A stretch of 64,000 nucleotides of DNA from the human T2T-CHM13v2.0 reference genome, Homo sapiens. A program made the position numbers and the translations under genes. Under the pieces are notes generated by a model that saw only the letters and a list, made by a program, of their open reading frames with translations, ran no database searches and was not told the origin of the DNA. Location of the stretch: NCBI RefSeq assembly GCF_009914755.1, contig NC_060947.1; one strand, given 5' to 3'. Shown here in pieces: positions 27,384 through 45,040 of the stretch (its first letter is position 1; each line of letters starts with the position of its first letter).

Positions 27384-27929
27384 ATATACACATATATAAT
27401 AAAGTCCTATTGAGTGTCCTCAGACACAGAGCTAGCTGAGCAGGCCAGCTGGGTAGCTGCCCAAGGCACCAGCCTGTTAGAGGGTCCAAAATACCACTGG
27501 AATAAATAGAAATACCCATGCTGGTTGACGCAAGTTTCCACAAGCTCCTACCAAAGTAAACAGCAGCCTTATATGGAAATTTTAAAAACACCCGTGGCTG
27601 GCACTGACCCCTCTCTTTGGGTAGTTTTGTAATACACACGTATAGCTGCCATCAGCTAAAATTCTGAAATAAGTAAAGCATGGTGTAGCTTTCTTATTTA
27701 CTACACACAAGGATTCATTATATTAAATAATTTGTAAACTCTTCAACATAACCCCGCCCAGTTGTCCTCCTTGAGAAATTGCCAAAGAAAACTGATGTGA
27801 GGGAAAGAACTACAAAAAGGGTAAGATGTTTTGCTGTTGTTTTAGACCATTAATTTTTCTCTAGCCAGGGTAGGTAAATTAGTAAGTAAATCTGTCCACA
27901 CATAAAATTTTTTAATTAATAAGTTTGGC

Positions 27930-28430
27930 ATAGTCTGCTTCTTGACCCACAGCATCTTTTCTCTCTTTTCTCCATGCTGAGAGAATGAGCAATTTTAGCG
28001 GGACACATGGCCATCCAGAATAAAGACTACGTTTCCCAGCCTCCCACTGCTAGGAGTGACCATATGGAGAAGTTCTGGCCAATGAAATACAATCAGAAGT
28101 ATCACGTGATAGGCCTGGGAACTTTCCTTACAAAATAGCTGCGGGCACCCTCTGCTTCTACTTCTTGATCTTTTCCTCCTTTCTGCTGGCCACAGCATGG
28201 ATATACTGACTGCAGCTACAGTAGTTGTCTTTGACCATAAGGTGACCTGGAGACGAGGCCATGCATGGCAGAGCAGCACAATAAAGGGAGCCTGGGTCCC
28301 CATGGACTTCATAAGCAGAATAGCCATGTCAGCCATGGACTGCCACCTCCAGACTGCTATGCAAGAGAGGAATACACTGCAGCCTTCTTTTAGATCTCTT
28401 TGTCACTTGCAGCCAAATGCTGTTCTGATA
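27930..28430 (+). mobile_element. MLT1J-like LTR
   Basis: aaagactacgtttcccagcctccc...aagttctggccaatg...ggagcctgggtccc. Confidence 0.7.
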
Positions 28431-28673
28431 GGAAATCTGGTTTTGCCTGTATGAAGGGGCACCAAATCATTCCTCTGCCCAGAGGACTGCCTCTTCTTGG
28501 TCTGGCCTTGATCCAGGAAAGGATGGCTCTCTCTCCTGCTCTGGCTTCCATAAAGGCACCACTGGGTGGTAGGTGACACGACGGTGACCTTGTAAAGACG
28601 GAGACAGGGCTTTGGAAAGGGAAGAGTCCCAAGCCTCAAGTCTTGCATGAATGGGAAGGAAGCAGTGAGCCAC

Positions 28674-29201
28674 TGCGGTAGATTTTGAAATGTGGCTGCA
28701 AATTCTTTGACATTTTTCTTTCCCATTAAGAGCTGGAGTCTAAATCCCTTCTCCTTGAACATAGGCCAGCCTTAGTGACTGGCTTCTAATGAATAAAATA
28801 TGGTGGAAGTGATCCTGGGTGACTTCCAAGGCTAGGTCAGAAGAGATGCAGTGGCTTCCGCCTGGCTCTCTCTCGGGACACTTACTCTTGGAACCCATCT
28901 GCCATAGTGTGAGGAAGCCAAGCAACCACTTGGAGAGGCCACATATAGGTGTTCTGATCCACAAGTCCAGTTAACATACTAGCCGACAGCCAGCATCAAC
29001 CACCGGACATGGTAGTGAGCACGCCTTCAGATAATCCAGGCCGCAGCTTCCAACCACCCCAGCTGCCACCAAGTAGAGCAGAGAAGACCCGTCCCTGCTA
29101 AGTCCTGCCCAAAGTGTACACTCGTGAGCAAAATTAATGTCACTATTTTAAGTCACTAAGTTTTGCAATGGTTTGTTATATAGCAAAAGATCATTGCAAC
29201 A
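28674..29201 (+). mobile_element. MLT1F/G/H-like LTR
   Basis: tgcggtagattttg...aaattctttgac...gtgacttccaaggctaggtca...ggtttgttatatagcaaaagat. Confidence 0.8.
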
Positions 29202-29462
29202 GCTGCCTGCTCTGCCCACATCCTTTATGCTAGCATATGTAGGTCCCCCAGCTACCACAAAGCCCTCTAGAAAGTTCCAACCTCATTTCTGTGGGTTCCT
29301 GAGAAAAAGGCAGGGATCTTGGGCCACACCTGGGCTGGGAGGGCTAAAGGGGGCACAGGTTGGCGGAATCAAGTGTCCAAAGTGGGATAGGTCACGGCAG
29401 AGGGAGCCAGCTGCCCATCCCTGCCTAGCAATTCTAACCAGAGAGCATGTGCATGTTGGTGT

Positions 29463-29521
29463 ATACACACATGCACAAACACACACACGCACACATACAC
29501 ACACACACACACAAACACACA
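29463..29521. repeat. Imperfect (CA)n
   Basis: directly visible. Confidence 0.85.
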
Positions 29522-29649
29522 CGAAGATGAACCTCAGAACAGAATCCCAGCACCCCAGGGTCCATGTGCAGCACTACTCACTCGCTATCTTGCCACCTAA
29601 AGATTCTCTCGGTAGGGCCCACCTGAGAGGAGCCAATTTCATTCCATGA

Positions 29650-30037
<388 letters not shown>

Positions 30038-30128
30038 TAGCATTAAGAGAGGGAGAAGACACCTCCTGGGGGACCTAACTGCTAGGAGAATCTCTGTGGT
30101 TTTCTGCCAAGAATCAAAGCTCTCTCCC

Positions 30129-30832
<704 letters not shown>

Positions 30833-31239
30833 ATTCCCTGAAAGAAACAAAGACAGAAGGAGTGGGGGAGAAAGAAGACCCCAGGCCATCTTCACTTCAC
30901 GGTCAGTGACACAGGGCAGAAGGATGGGAGATGAAAGGAGGGAGGGAGGAAGGAAGGGAAGAAAGAAAGGAGGAAGGAAGATATCGTGGGAAGGATCCGT
31001 ACTTTAGGGCTCAAAGGCACCTTCACTTTCCTACCCCATCTCATCATTACTTCTTGTTTCCTCCATCTCCCCTTAATAGAGTCATGCAGGAAGCCCTTAG
31101 CTACTCTGCTGCCATCTGCCCTGTTTGAGTACAAGCCCAGCAGAGCTGCACTGCAGCCAACATAGACAATCTGGCAGGACTCCAAGACTTCCGGGTTAGG
31201 ATCCCAGCTTGCAACGCGTTACTGAGCAATCCTTCATCT

Positions 31240-31790
31240 TGCATTCATTCAGCAAATTTTTGATCAATATTCATTCCGCAACTGTGGACCTAGTCGCAGC
31301 ACTGAGCGAGGTACATGGGGTCCCTGCTTTCTTCTTCTGCGGGAGATGGACAAAGAACAAATAAATGTACAAATGTCAATTGGTAGAAAGTCCTATGCTA
31401 AGAACCAAACCAGGGTGCTGTGGTGGAGTGCCTGGGGAGCTCCCTCTGGTGAAATGTAAGCTGAGATTGGGAGGACACAAAGAAGCCAGCATGTGATTAT
31501 TGGAGGAAGAGCATTCAAGGCCAAGAGAAGAGCTAGTACAAAGGCCCTGAGGCTGGAATGAGAGAGGTATGTTCTAGAAAGAGCAGGAAGGCCAATGTGC
31601 CTGGAGTTCCCCAACCGGGTGGGAGGAGGGGGAGTGAAGAATGTGATAGGAGATGACATCACAGAGCTCAGCAGGTGCCAGATCACATAGGGCTGGGCAC
31701 ACCAAGATAAGGAGTTAGGATTTCAGCTGGGGTTAGGAAAGGAGGTGACGTCATCAGATTGCCATTTAAAAAAAAAATTGCTCTAGCCAT
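31240..31790 (-). mobile_element. L2 LINE fragment
   Basis: cattcattcagcaaatttttg...gagcattcaaggc...aaaggccctgaggc...gccagatcacataggg. Confidence 0.8.
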
Positions 31791-31794
31791 AAGA

Positions 31795-32900
<1,106 letters not shown>

Positions 32901-34809
32901 AAAGTCCACTCTGGCTGCCGGGTGGAGCATAAATATTGGGGGAGGGGCAGCATCAGGAGAGGTAGGACCAAGGATGGCCTAGGGTGCCGTGCTAGGAGGA
33001 GACAGGGCCAAGGCCTTAGAGTGTACAGAAATCAGGACCAACAGGCTTTCCATCTTAGGAAAGCCACTCTGTCCCCCACCATGCTGCTAACAACGGACCC
33101 AGCCAGTGCCCACCAAATGGCTCCTGCAGCCTTCCTTTGCAGCCACACTGAAAAGCGATCAAATGTGAAATCCCAGGGAGGCCAGAGCAATGCGGCCAGC
33201 ACTCAGCTCCGGGAGGCTGGTCAGGGAAGGGAGAGATTGGCTGCAGCCCCTGCTGCCCTGTCACCTGTATCCACGAGTGTCCCCCACTGTCTGTTGCCCC
33301 CTTGGCCGGCCTCAGCCCCTCAGGAAATAAGACTCTCCAGGCCCCAGCAGGCCTTTTGACCCAAGCCGGGGCAGCCGGGGCTCAGTTCTGAAAGAATAAA
33401 GGAACAGGCTTTCTCAGGGGGCTGCCCCTCCTCGGCCTGGTGCAGGGGACACGTGGCACAGCCAGCAAGGCTGTCTAAACAAGCAGGGGTTGAGCTGCAC
33501 ACCAGGCGCCACGCTCATTAAACTGGGGGCCAGCCGCAGGGCTAATCAGCCAAGCGCCTCCAGACACCGTAGTCTTGCAGGTGGATGGTGCCCCTCTGGC
33601 CTGCACACGTCTCAGTGGAGGCCGGGTAGTCTCAGGATCCCGGACAAACGAGCCAGAAAAGCCTCCTTCTCCCACCCTACTCCATCATGCGCAGAAACCA
33701 ACAGTACTGTGGGGGAAGGACAGAGGGAGGTTTACACTCCCCACACGATCGCCTTTGGGAAGGGAACTCTGATGGACTCCCTCCCCTGCTAGGCAGTTCA
33801 CCATCAGACACCCACAGCCTGCTTTGCTGGATTAGAGGCAGCAAAAAAAGGAGGCCAAAATGTAGTCATGCTGATAGATTGCTATCAGCAGGCCCATAGG
33901 AGAGCCTGTTCCTTTATTCTTCTGAACTCTTTCATGGAGACGCCGCCGGCTCAGGCATGGTGACTCAGACGCTCCAGAATTCGGAGCAGCCAGGACCATG
34001 GGTCTGGGTGGGGACGTCAGCCTGTGTGTCAGGCCCAGCCCTGGCACCCAGCCAGCTGGGAGGCTGGGAGGCTGGAGGTTTGTAGGCTCATAAAAAGAAA
34101 TCGCTTGTTCCTCTGCCAGACAAGAATGAGCCAGGTCCGGCGGAGAGAGAAGAAAAGCACTGCTGCTGTGGGATATTCATGCCCAAGATAGTGTCCTTCT
34201 GCAGCTCTGGAGGCTGACAAAGATCTGCTTCTTCGGAGCAGGCAGCAGCCACATCAGGGAAGAACTGCACCTCTGACCCACTTGCCGGTGACCCAGTTGC
34301 AGGCGAGGAAACTGGGGCGCCAGGAGATGGGATGACTTAGCCCCAGGTCCCCCACGAATGCCTGCCCCCCGACTTCCCTATGGCAGGGTGGACACTGGGA
34401 AATCTGAGGACACAAAGAAATGATAACCCATGCCTTCCAAGTTAGTCCGGCCCCTCAGGCGTGAGTGCTCATGCGTTTTGCCCAGACTGGGGCAAGCCTT
34501 AGATGTTTTCATATTTTTCAGAATCTCTCTTCTTGACTTGAAATGGCACTGCCAAAAGCATTGTTTCTCAAAGAAGCTACGGATGTAGGACCAGTCTTGT
34601 TTGTGTTTGTTTGTTAATTAATTCCAATCCGTTATGGACAGATACTTCTGTAAAGTACAATAAAAATGATTTGCTGGAAAAATGAAGCAGAAAAAAACAC
34701 AACATAAAACACAAGCCCAAACCTCTACGGTTAGATTTAACAAACACACACATACTCTGTTGACTTGCTATAAAAGTTTCTAAACACTTGCTCCCAGTTT
34801 CTGTACTTA

Positions 34810-35209
<400 letters not shown>

Positions 35210-35569
35210 AAAGCATATGGGTTCTAATTCTAGCCACCTCTATCACTAACTGGCTGCATGCCTTTGCCCTCAGCCATACTCTCTTCTTTTGCACATAGCC
35301 AACTCACGAATCTACTCACACTACAGTCACATGTGCAAAAGAAGATCTCATTTCTTTACTTTGTCTATGGAGGATCCATTCTTGGTCGAGCATAGCAAGG
35401 CAGGGTGGGGTGATGACATTTTAGTTGTACAGAGTAGACTAAGTGCAGTACAATTGTTTAAATGGTCCTTTTAGGCAAATGCCCAGGCTCTCCCAGATTC
35501 CCACCCCACCACCCCTCTCTTCTACAAGATGGAGTTTAGGTGTATGGAGGAAGGGAATAGAACTTATGT

Positions 35570-35735
35570 CAGTGTTTCTCAAACTTTAATGTGCAAACGA
35601 GTCCCCTGGGGAGCTTGTGAAAAGTGCACATGCTGATTTAGCAGGTCTGGGGGCAGGCCTGAGATTGTGCACTCCTACCAAGCTCTTGGGTGATGCCAAG
35701 GCTGCTGGGCCTCAGAGCACACTTTGAACAGCAAA
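35570..35735. mobile_element. MER5A MITE
   Basis: cagtgtttctcaaactttaatgtgca...cctggggagcttgt...cacactttgaacagca. Confidence 0.8.
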
Positions 35736-36440
35736 GGGGCATGAGACCTTACACAGGCAGAGAAATCAGGTCTCATTGCAGTGGAGTGGCTGGTCTAGGC
35801 TGCCCCTGAATGGTAACTGCTGAGGTGCAGATGGCTCTCCCTGACTAAAGTCTGAGGCTGGACAACTCCTGGCCCAACTCTGGGTGCATGCACTGTCATC
35901 CCCATCACCCAGACAGGCCAGCTGTGCTTCCCCTTGAAGACTGTGATGTCCGCCATCTGGACGGTGACCCAGGCCCACGGGGCCTCGACACACCTACTTT
36001 CCACCATCCCCACACAGGGGCACCATCGCCAAACCCAAGGAACTAAGGTCAGCTCTGCTTACCACACCATGCCACTCATTGAGTTTTTCTTAAGCAGAGT
36101 CCACTGGATGAATGCGGGGTGCCGCCTTCATACTGTGTCCTCTCCCAACCCTCCCTACAACCGGGAGCAAACATACCACTGCCTGAGGCATGCCCCCTCC
36201 CCTCTCCAACATACTTCCCTCCCTCGGGGCAGATCCCAGAGTAGATCACATTGCTTCCCCCAGCTCCAGCTCCATCTTTCCACAGTCCTCCCAGACCGGA
36301 GGAACAGCCTCTCCTGATGCCTCTTCCCATCCCTCTTGATACACTGAGTAGGAATTAAAGGAATGTAGGAAACCCTTTTCTCTCCACACAATGCCTGGCT
36401 TGCAACCCTATTTCCTCTTTGTGGATTCAAACACAATCTA

Positions 36441-36667
<227 letters not shown>

Positions 36668-38289
36668 AAAAATACTGCCAAAAATGACTCCTGCTCCCTG
36701 TGAAATTCTCTCTCTAGCCCTGAGAATCTATGAAAGGGCCATCCTCTTGCCAACTTAGAAGCAGAGCACATTTCCTAAGGAGGCTTGGAGCTGAGGGCTT
36801 GGATGACCCTATCCTCCCACAGACAATCCGTAAGCACCTAGTGGGTGTCAGGCACCAGTGGGGGACCAGGGAGACAGGTGAGCCACACAGTCAAAGTCCT
36901 GCTTCCAAAGTGCTCACAAGCTTAGAGTAATGACATCACCACCATTACCTATGGTGACACTGTGATCTGCCACCCGGCCTCTCAGCTCTCAACCACATCA
37001 GGGTCTGTCTCAGCTGCTGAGAGCCGCCTGGCTGAAGCAATGGCCTCCAGGGTCAGCCCAGGCCCAAGGACTGATGACTGCAAGGGGATCACCTGGGGAC
37101 AACTCAGCATCCCTGGCTGGGTATGCTCAGGTTCAGGGCAGGTCATCCCTGGCTAGGCTCCTGCTCATCACGTGGCCGGGTGCTGGAAGAGCTGCACCCA
37201 GATGGAAGACGCGTGCCAGTTGCAGAGCTGCGAGCTGTTGGCTGGGGCCTTGGCGCCCTGGCTGATAATCCCACGCTGTGTAACCCTGGGCTGAGTGTGC
37301 TACACCAAGAAGGGGAGAAGACAGAATATTCTAACAGGCTGTGGGCCCCCGCCGCCATCTGGATCTCGGTTTCCTCACCTCTGAGGGGTCTTTTCCAGTT
37401 CCAATATGCAAATGGTTCATCACTCGCTGTAGAATAGAATCAGAGCTGTGATATGCTGTCCACGTGGCCCACAGACTCAGGGAGGGTCTGAAACTCTGCC
37501 AGGGCCTACTGTGCTCCTTTCAGAGGAGCACCACCCCACCCAAGGCACCCCAGGGTGTCTCAGGAGGGCGGCCCAGGACCACTCCGAATGCACTGAAAGC
37601 TGACTGTGTTCAGTAGGGGAGAGGGGCCCCTTCTCTAAATATTTTCTCTCCAGGTTTGGCTGGAGACAGTCACAGCCGGTCAGGGGGCTCAAAGAGGCGC
37701 CAGGCCTGCCAAGAACCACCTGAGGATGGCGTTTGTGAGGAAAACCCAGGGAGCAGGGCTGGCCCACTCCCAGGCAGCAAAAGTACGGGGCCACCCTCCC
37801 CTTCCTGGGTTGGAGCCAGGGCACCCACTGTGGCTGGAAGGGAGAAAGGGAGTTGTGGGCCCAGGCAGCCCCCAGAAAACAGCCCGCAGCCCTCCAGTCA
37901 GCTGCCGCGTGTTTGTTTTCACAGCTGCTCCTCCAGCTCGGCTGTTCCAGTGAGCAAAGGAATCTGTTTGTCTGAGAAAAAGAATGTGGCAGAGAGGCGG
38001 GAGGCAGCCCCAGGCAGCCCCGGCAGCCTCCTCAGCTTCGGAGCTCACCAAAACCAGCCAGCCACCTCGGGGAGTCACCCAAGAGCCTAGATGGTAAGGT
38101 CACAGACTCAGAGACACCTTCACCTCCCCCGGCACCCTCCAGACAGCCCCGCTCCTCCGTGGACCAGGGCTTTGCCCAGAGACCTTGGGCAGGTGCCAGG
38201 CTGGCAGCCTGGGCACACAGGACAGAGACCCACCCGCCTGAGGTATTTTATTTACTTCTTTCTCATTCACAGACAACCCCCCACCACCC

Positions 38290-38306
38290 ACACCACACAC
38301 CACACA

Positions 38307-38351
<45 letters not shown>
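38290..38351. repeat. (CA)n microsatellite
   Basis: directly visible; pure from 38311. Confidence 0.95.
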
Positions 38352-38355
<4 letters not shown>

Positions 38356-38574
38356 AGAAGAAAATCAGTCAGCTGTGTGTATGAGGAAAAAGCTCACAGG
38401 ACTGAAAGCAAACAAGTCTGCAGCCAGGCCTGCCGTGAGGGTGAAGACGAGCAAGCAGAGGGGCTTTCTGCCTCTCTGCAAGGACGCCCTAGGCCCCCTA
38501 CCCTCGCCCCAGCCCCCAGGCCAGCCTAGTCCCATCCTAGACAGAAGAGGCAGAGCTGGGTCCAGGTAGGGTGA

Positions 38575-39041
<467 letters not shown>

Positions 39042-39439
39042 ACACCAGGCACTCTTGATACCTACTTCCACCCATACCCCTCACCAACCCCCTGCGCTGA
39101 CCAAGAAGTTGCCCTGTGGGCTGGAACAGGGATGGAAGGGAAGCGAAGCTTCTGCTGAAATTTTCTAGATTACATCAGGCTGCCACCCCTAAGTGATCAG
39201 ATTTGGTGTGGAAAGTTCCCCACTGCAATTGCAATCTGGCATGTGTTGAATCCCTCAGGTGTGTGGGAGTGGAATATATAATAACTAGTCCTCCCTCAAT
39301 CTTTCCTAGTCAGATTACTCATCGAGATGCTGTTCAGCACCTCCCCTGGGTCAGCCTCTTCACATACAACACCTCTGAAAGGCTCTAGAAGGTTTGAGAA
39401 CTTGCCCGAGGTGAGAAAGCAAAAGTGACCAAGAGAAGG

Positions 39440-39780
39440 TGTCTTCAGCTGGGCTCTCCCAGAAGCAGCCCCTGAAGCAAGGATTTGGGGCCAAGGGATT
39501 TATCTGAGGGCCAGGAAGTGGGCAGGGAAGGGAAGCAACTAGGAAAGGAGGTCACCAGACCAGAGCAAGCCACCAGAGTGAGACACTGGAGGCCAACCCC
39601 ACTGAGCTTCTCAGAGAGACTCCATAAAAGATACCTCAATGTTACCCCACTTGGGGAGTGAGGGGGCTGGGGTATTTATCCTCTAGTTCCCATATATCAT
39701 TGCCTGGGACATGTTCCCAAGGGCATTGCTGCCAAGCCCTCAGGTGGGGTTCTCATGCCCTCAGAGAACGTTCTGGACTG
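39440..39780 (-). mobile_element. ERVL LTR (LTR16/LTR33-like)
   Basis: tgtcttcagctgggctctcccagaagcagcccctgaagcaaggatttg. Confidence 0.6.
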
Positions 39781-40344
39781 TTGAGTGTCAAAGGAATTGG
39801 GGCAGGCCACCAAGAACATCTGCTGCAGAAACTGACCACCGTTTGATGTGAAACCAGAGTCTTGCTGGGTTCCCTGCACCAGGCTGCCCTTTGCCTGGTA
39901 CCTGAGACTGGGATGTCCAAAGCCCTCCACCTAGTCTGTGGAGTCAGCCTGCTAGTAGCTATGGTAGTAGGTGTGGGGAAAGGTGATAAGAGTGGGAGGA
40001 GGCAGAGGTACAAACAGCCTCCCCGTAGGAACCAGTTTGTACCACTTGAATGGGGTTGGGCTTTGGTGTTGGCCTCCCAATGGGGATTCCCTTGAGACCT
40101 GTGCACTGCAACCCTATAGGTAGGTGGGACCCTCTCAGAAGGGCCCCACATCTTGGGAGTGAAGACCTGAATCCAATTCCCAAATTTATCACTGTGCAAC
40201 ATTAGTCAAGGTACAGGTTGTGGATTGTCCCAGTGTCCGTAAAATGAGGTTAGTACTATCTCAATCCTCTAAGGTTTGTTCTAAGAGTTAGAAGTCATAC
40301 TTCCGACCATAGTGTCCGGTCCAGGGCAGGAGTAGTTGGCCATA

Positions 40345-40851
40345 TTTTTTTTTAATTGAGGTAAAATTTACATATCATAAAATTCACCATTGTAAATACT
40401 TTAAAGTGTACAACTCGGTGGCATTAAGTACATTTACAATATTGTGCAACCATCACCACTATCTAATTCCAGAACATTTTTTCACCCCAAAAGAAACCCT
40501 ATATCCCTTAACCAACCACTCTCTACTCTCCCTTCCCCCAGCCCCTGGCAACCACCAGTCTACTTTCTGTCTCTGCGGATTTTCCCATTCTGGACATTTC
40601 ATATCAATGGACTCATGACTCATACAATATGTGGCCTTTTGTGCCTGGCTTCTTTCACTCAGCATGATGTTTTCCAGTTCATCTGCGTGGTAGCATGTGT
40701 CAGTACCTCATTCCCTCTTATGGCTGAATCATATTCCATTGTATGGATAGGCCTCATTTTGCTTAGCATTGATGGACATTAGTTTCCACGTTTTGGCTAT
40801 TATGAATAGTGCTGCTATGTGTGTTTGTATAAAGTTTTGTTTGGACATATG

Positions 40852-40856
<5 letters not shown>
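40345..40856 (-). mobile_element. L1MB 3' end
   Basis: ttttaattgaggtaaaatttacata...tgtgcaaccatcaccactatctaattccagaacatttt...cctggcaaccacc...ggcttctttcactcagcat. Confidence 0.9.
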
Positions 40857-40886
<30 letters not shown>

Positions 40887-41034
40887 GAGACAGGGCCTCA
40901 CTCTGTCGCCCAGGCAGGAGTGCAGTGGCATGGTCATGGCTCACTGCAGCCTCGACATCCTGGGCTCAAGTGATCCTCTCACCTCAGCCTCCCAAGTAGC
41001 TGTGACTACAGGTGTGTGCCACCACACCTGGCTA
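40857..41034 (-). mobile_element. AluJ right arm
   Basis: cactgcagcctcgacatcctgggctcaagtgatcc. Confidence 0.88.
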
Positions 41035-41578
<544 letters not shown>

Positions 41579-41725
41579 AATGTACATAAATATGTATTTT
41601 ATAATATATATACATACATATATATACATATACATATATATACATATACATATATACATATATATATACACACATACATATATACATATATATATATACA
41701 CATATTCATATATATACACATATAC

Positions 41726-41756
<31 letters not shown>

Positions 41757-41766
41757 CATATATATA
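41579..41766. repeat. (TA/CA)n tract
   Basis: directly visible. Confidence 0.92.
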
Positions 41767-42087
<321 letters not shown>

Positions 42088-42309
42088 TAATTTGGTTGGC
42101 GTGTGGTTCGATTTTTATTCCTTTGTATTAGGCATTTTTTATTATCTGTACGGTTAACCTTTATTTTCTATTTTCTGATTCCTTTCATCACGACCAAACT
42201 TTACAAGTCCTTCCCTGGGGGCAGAACATGGATTTAAGATGCAATTCTTCAGAGGAAAATATTCCAGCTCCTAAGAAATCACAGAATCCCTCTGATGGGT
42301 TAGGAGAGA

Positions 42310-42482
42310 GGTCGTTTAGTGTCACTGTTAAGAACACGGGCTCTGGAGCCAGACTCTTAGGTTTCTATCCCAGCTCTGTCACATGGGCAAGTCATTTAAT
42401 TCTCTGTCTCAACTTCCTCACCTGTAAAATGGAGATAATAATAGTCCCCACTTGGTCGGGTTGTTGAGAAGGTTAAATGGTC
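42310..42482 (+). mobile_element. MIR SINE
   Basis: ttaagaacacgggctctggagccagact...ttcctcacctgtaaaatggagataataatagt. Confidence 0.88.
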
Positions 42483-43219
42483 GCCTAAGTATATCTGAGT
42501 TTATCTAAGCTCTTATAGTGAAGCAGGAAGATGAGATGGGTATCTCTCTGCTCTTGCCCAAAGCAGGCTACAGACGGGTTGGTTACTGGTTCTGCTCTAA
42601 GGACTGGCCTGCTGGACTCGCTGCGCTTCTCTGCCAGCTGTTCCCTCTTCCGCCTTCTGTTTGCTTTGATCTGAGGTTGACAGACCACCTGGCCTGCTAA
42701 ACTGGGAAGGTAAGCTCATCCCATCTGCCCGTTCACCTGCCAAGAGTCCATCATTGTGGTCTTTGTGTTTATACGCCGAAGGGGGCAGCTGGGGGTGAAA
42801 ACAGCCCAGCTTGTTTTGTCACTTGGTCTCCCCTGCCATGACTGTTGCCCTGTAATCCCCCTCCCCCAGGGCGGCTCAGACCCAGGAATTTTAATCAACC
42901 TGGAATTAGAAACTTTGTTAACACCAGTGGCTGGAGAAAGGCCTGAGGGGGGATTCAAATGCCTGTGACTTTCAGGTGGGGGAGTCGAGCCCTCAGGAAG
43001 CCAGTCTGTGGGGGGTGATGACATCATCTCAGCCACGCAAGCCCTGCAGAGAGAAGAGGGAGTCTCCCAGCTGTGGAGACGAGAAAACAATGATCTCCAC
43101 GCGCCCCGCAGCCAGAGTGGAGTTCAAGTCCCTCAGCTTAAAATCAAATCTCCCCTTTGTTCCTAACTCTCCCCCACCACCCACAAATGTCCTGCAACTG
43201 TCATGGAGCGGCTACTACT

Positions 43220-43560
43220 AATAATAATCACTGGCCTTGTGTTGGGCTTTGCAAACTGTTCTCACATTCACTGCACCAGTGAATCAAGCAATCCTCTGTG
43301 AGGCCAGGGAGACAGGCATTATCGCTCCCATTTTACAGAGGAAGTGACTGAGGCTGCAAAAGATGAACAGATGGGTACAAGCGTGGTCAAGTTGAGTCTC
43401 AAGCCAAGGGTTCTATGTCTTAGCCTAAAGTGGTGGTTCTCGAGCTTTAGCACACTGGAATCCCCTGGAGGGCTTGGTTAAAAGAATTTGCTTTTCTAAC
43501 AAATGTCCAAGTGATGCTGATGCTGTGGGGTGGGGGTCCACGCTCTCAGAATCTGTGGCC
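43220..43560. mobile_element. MIR (minus strand) followed by a MER5A fragment
   Basis: cccattttacagaggaagtgactgaggc; agtggtggttctc...ctggagggctt...ttctaacaa...gtgatgctgatgctg. Confidence 0.7.
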
Positions 43561-44529
43561 TAAAACTTTTGCCACTACATCGTACCTCCTCATTGTGTTA
43601 ATAAAGAAGCGTTTCCAGCAGCTATGGATGGACAGATTTGGGTCTTTTCCAAAGAATCTGTTAATAGCAGCATATATCTGAAACATAAGGCAGGAGCAGC
43701 AGCCTCCAGCTGCTGGGTATTTCCCACAGAAGGGAAGGAGCCTGGACGAGAGAGGCTGGGGTAACCCAGGGTTTTGGCTTGAGCGCATGGGGTTAATTCT
43801 GAATCCCTTCCGGGCAGCCCACGTGACTGGGAAGGAGGAAGGTGGAATGATTGCTTATATACAGAACCATCAAGGTCTTGACTGTGTTAAAACCCAATCA
43901 TTACTTCCAGGTAGTGATGCATTTTAGGCAATGTCTTCTGCTTATGCTCAGCAATGCATGAGTCTCAGAGCGGTGGCCAGAGAAATGGCGAATCGTCGTA
44001 TATTGAGCGAGTGATAATGGAATCCAGGAGGTGGAAATTACAAGTTGAAAAGTAAAATCAATGCCCTGACTGTGAAATGACTGAATGCCTGGTGAGGAAC
44101 TGTGTCGAGGTGCACCCCCACTCCCCTTACTCCACACCGACCTTTAAGACGCTCACCAGTTCAGAAGTTCCTTGAGGGCAGGAAGCATATTTTAATCACG
44201 GGTAATCATAGCATATCAGGGCAGAAATGGGCCTTAGAGAGCTTCCAGCCCTGGAGTGGCAAATCGGTTTCATTTTGGTGCCAGCTACAATCATTTAGTG
44301 GTGGCTGCCTGAAGCGCTGGGCCGAGAAGTGTTCTGCGGGTCTCTGGGCTCCTTGAGGAGTCGGCCATGATCAATTAGCGATGTTTACCATGGCCAGGGG
44401 AGTGGCAAGGAGGCAGCACTTTGCTCAGATTACCCAACCCCTATCTAGTCCAACCTGTCCCGCTGACAGATGAGGAAAGAACTGCTAAGCAGCTCTGTGT
44501 CCCCACCCACACCCCAGCACATTCTTGTC

Positions 44530-45040
44530 CCCTAGCAGCCATCCACTTCCAGGGGTCTGTGCATAGTATTCAAGGGTCTATGAACTTGAGTGGGAGAGAC
44601 ATTTACATCTTCGTTTCACTAAACTCTGAGATCAAGCACTTCCTTCCATGATGAATGTAGGCAACAAACTGTGGTAGCAACAGCAGCACCTGTGACTGTC
44701 ACCAATAGAAACCACAGCTATCTTCCTAGCACATCAGAGCTGCTGCTGCTGTCTCTAAAGATCACTTACACCCCTCGCTAGTCACTGTGGTCTTTGTATG
44801 AAAGGATCGTAGTTATTAGACCCAACACTAAATCTTGTTACTTAATGCATTAATAAAGAAACACACATATTACTGATCCCGAAGTTGCTTCTTAATATTT
44901 GCATAACTGCATTTCAATAGAGAATTGGTTTCCTCTGTCATACTATTTTATGCAATTAAATTCATCATCCTGAGAAGGGGTCCATAGGCTTCACCAGATG
45001 CCAGAGGGGTGCACAGCCCAGAAATGGTTAAAAACCCCTG
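44530..45040. mobile_element. hAT-Charlie DNA element (MER119-like)
   Basis: ends ctgagaaggggtccataggcttcaccaga...ggttaaaaacccctg, a Charlie-type terminus. Confidence 0.6.

Noticed and set aside
31746-31753. Full CRE TGACGTCA
   Set aside because: It is an isolated 8-mer inside an L2 relic; a single occurrence in 64 kb is unremarkable.
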